Source of the DNA: a virus | IMG/VR virus record: IMGVR_UViG_3300031578_000010 | Coordinates: 5,428 to 69,427 of that record | Reading direction: 5' to 3' (one strand) | Length of the DNA: 64,000 nt | Part shown: in pieces, positions 63,965 to 64,000 of the stretch | How positions within the stretch are numbered: the first letter of the stretch is position 1 | Layout: each line of letters opens with the position of its first letter | The notes under the pieces: model-generated | What the model saw: the letters and a program-made list of their open reading frames with translations, nothing else | Told to the model about the DNA's origin: nothing | The model's database searches: none | Translations under genes and position numbers: made by a program

Positions 63965-64000
63965 GATATCTCCTTTCAATATCCCGACAATCCGCCGAAC

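Noticed and set aside
1-64000. Stop-codon reassignment (alternative genetic code)
   Set aside because: Long conserved genes are intact under code 11, and TAA, TAG and TGA all terminate genes

Overview
A 64-kb segment of a large, contractile-tailed (myovirus-type) dsDNA bacteriophage genome. Essentially every real gene is on the minus strand; the plus-strand ORFs in the track are antisense shadows. In transcription order (right to left) the window contains: (1) small early genes and two polyampholyte acidic/basic proteins; (2) a sigma-like factor; (3) a replication/recombination operon with a bacterial-type DnaE alongside a PCNA/gp45-like clamp and RFC-like clamp loader, RecA, Mre11/Rad50-like nuclease, RuvC-like resolvase, NYN nuclease, 5'-3' exonuclease and a DUF669-like SSB, interleaved with DNA-modification candidates (two paralogous amino-MTases, a PLP enzyme, a GNAT); (4) terminase small and large subunits, followed by a radical SAM gene and the third MTase paralogue; (5) a tmRNA with adjacent structured RNA and about 20 small accessory genes; (6) a 1.8-kb AT-rich repeat-containing non-coding region; (7) GroES and a block of fibre/decoration genes; (8) portal, MuF, a 1141-aa polyprotein, scaffold, major capsid protein, neck genes and the 5' part of the tail sheath gene. 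The polyprotein is the top candidate for an undescribed system: it fuses a nucleotidyltransferase-like domain, two LigD-type 3'-phosphoesterase domains, an ATP-dependent ligase with OB fold, and the prohead protease, suggesting a capsid-packaged, protease-released nucleic-acid end-repair kit. Shine-Dalgarno sites, tmRNA, DnaE, RecA, sigma factor and GroES point to a bacterial host. All family assignments are by motif recognition by eye; no database searches were run.
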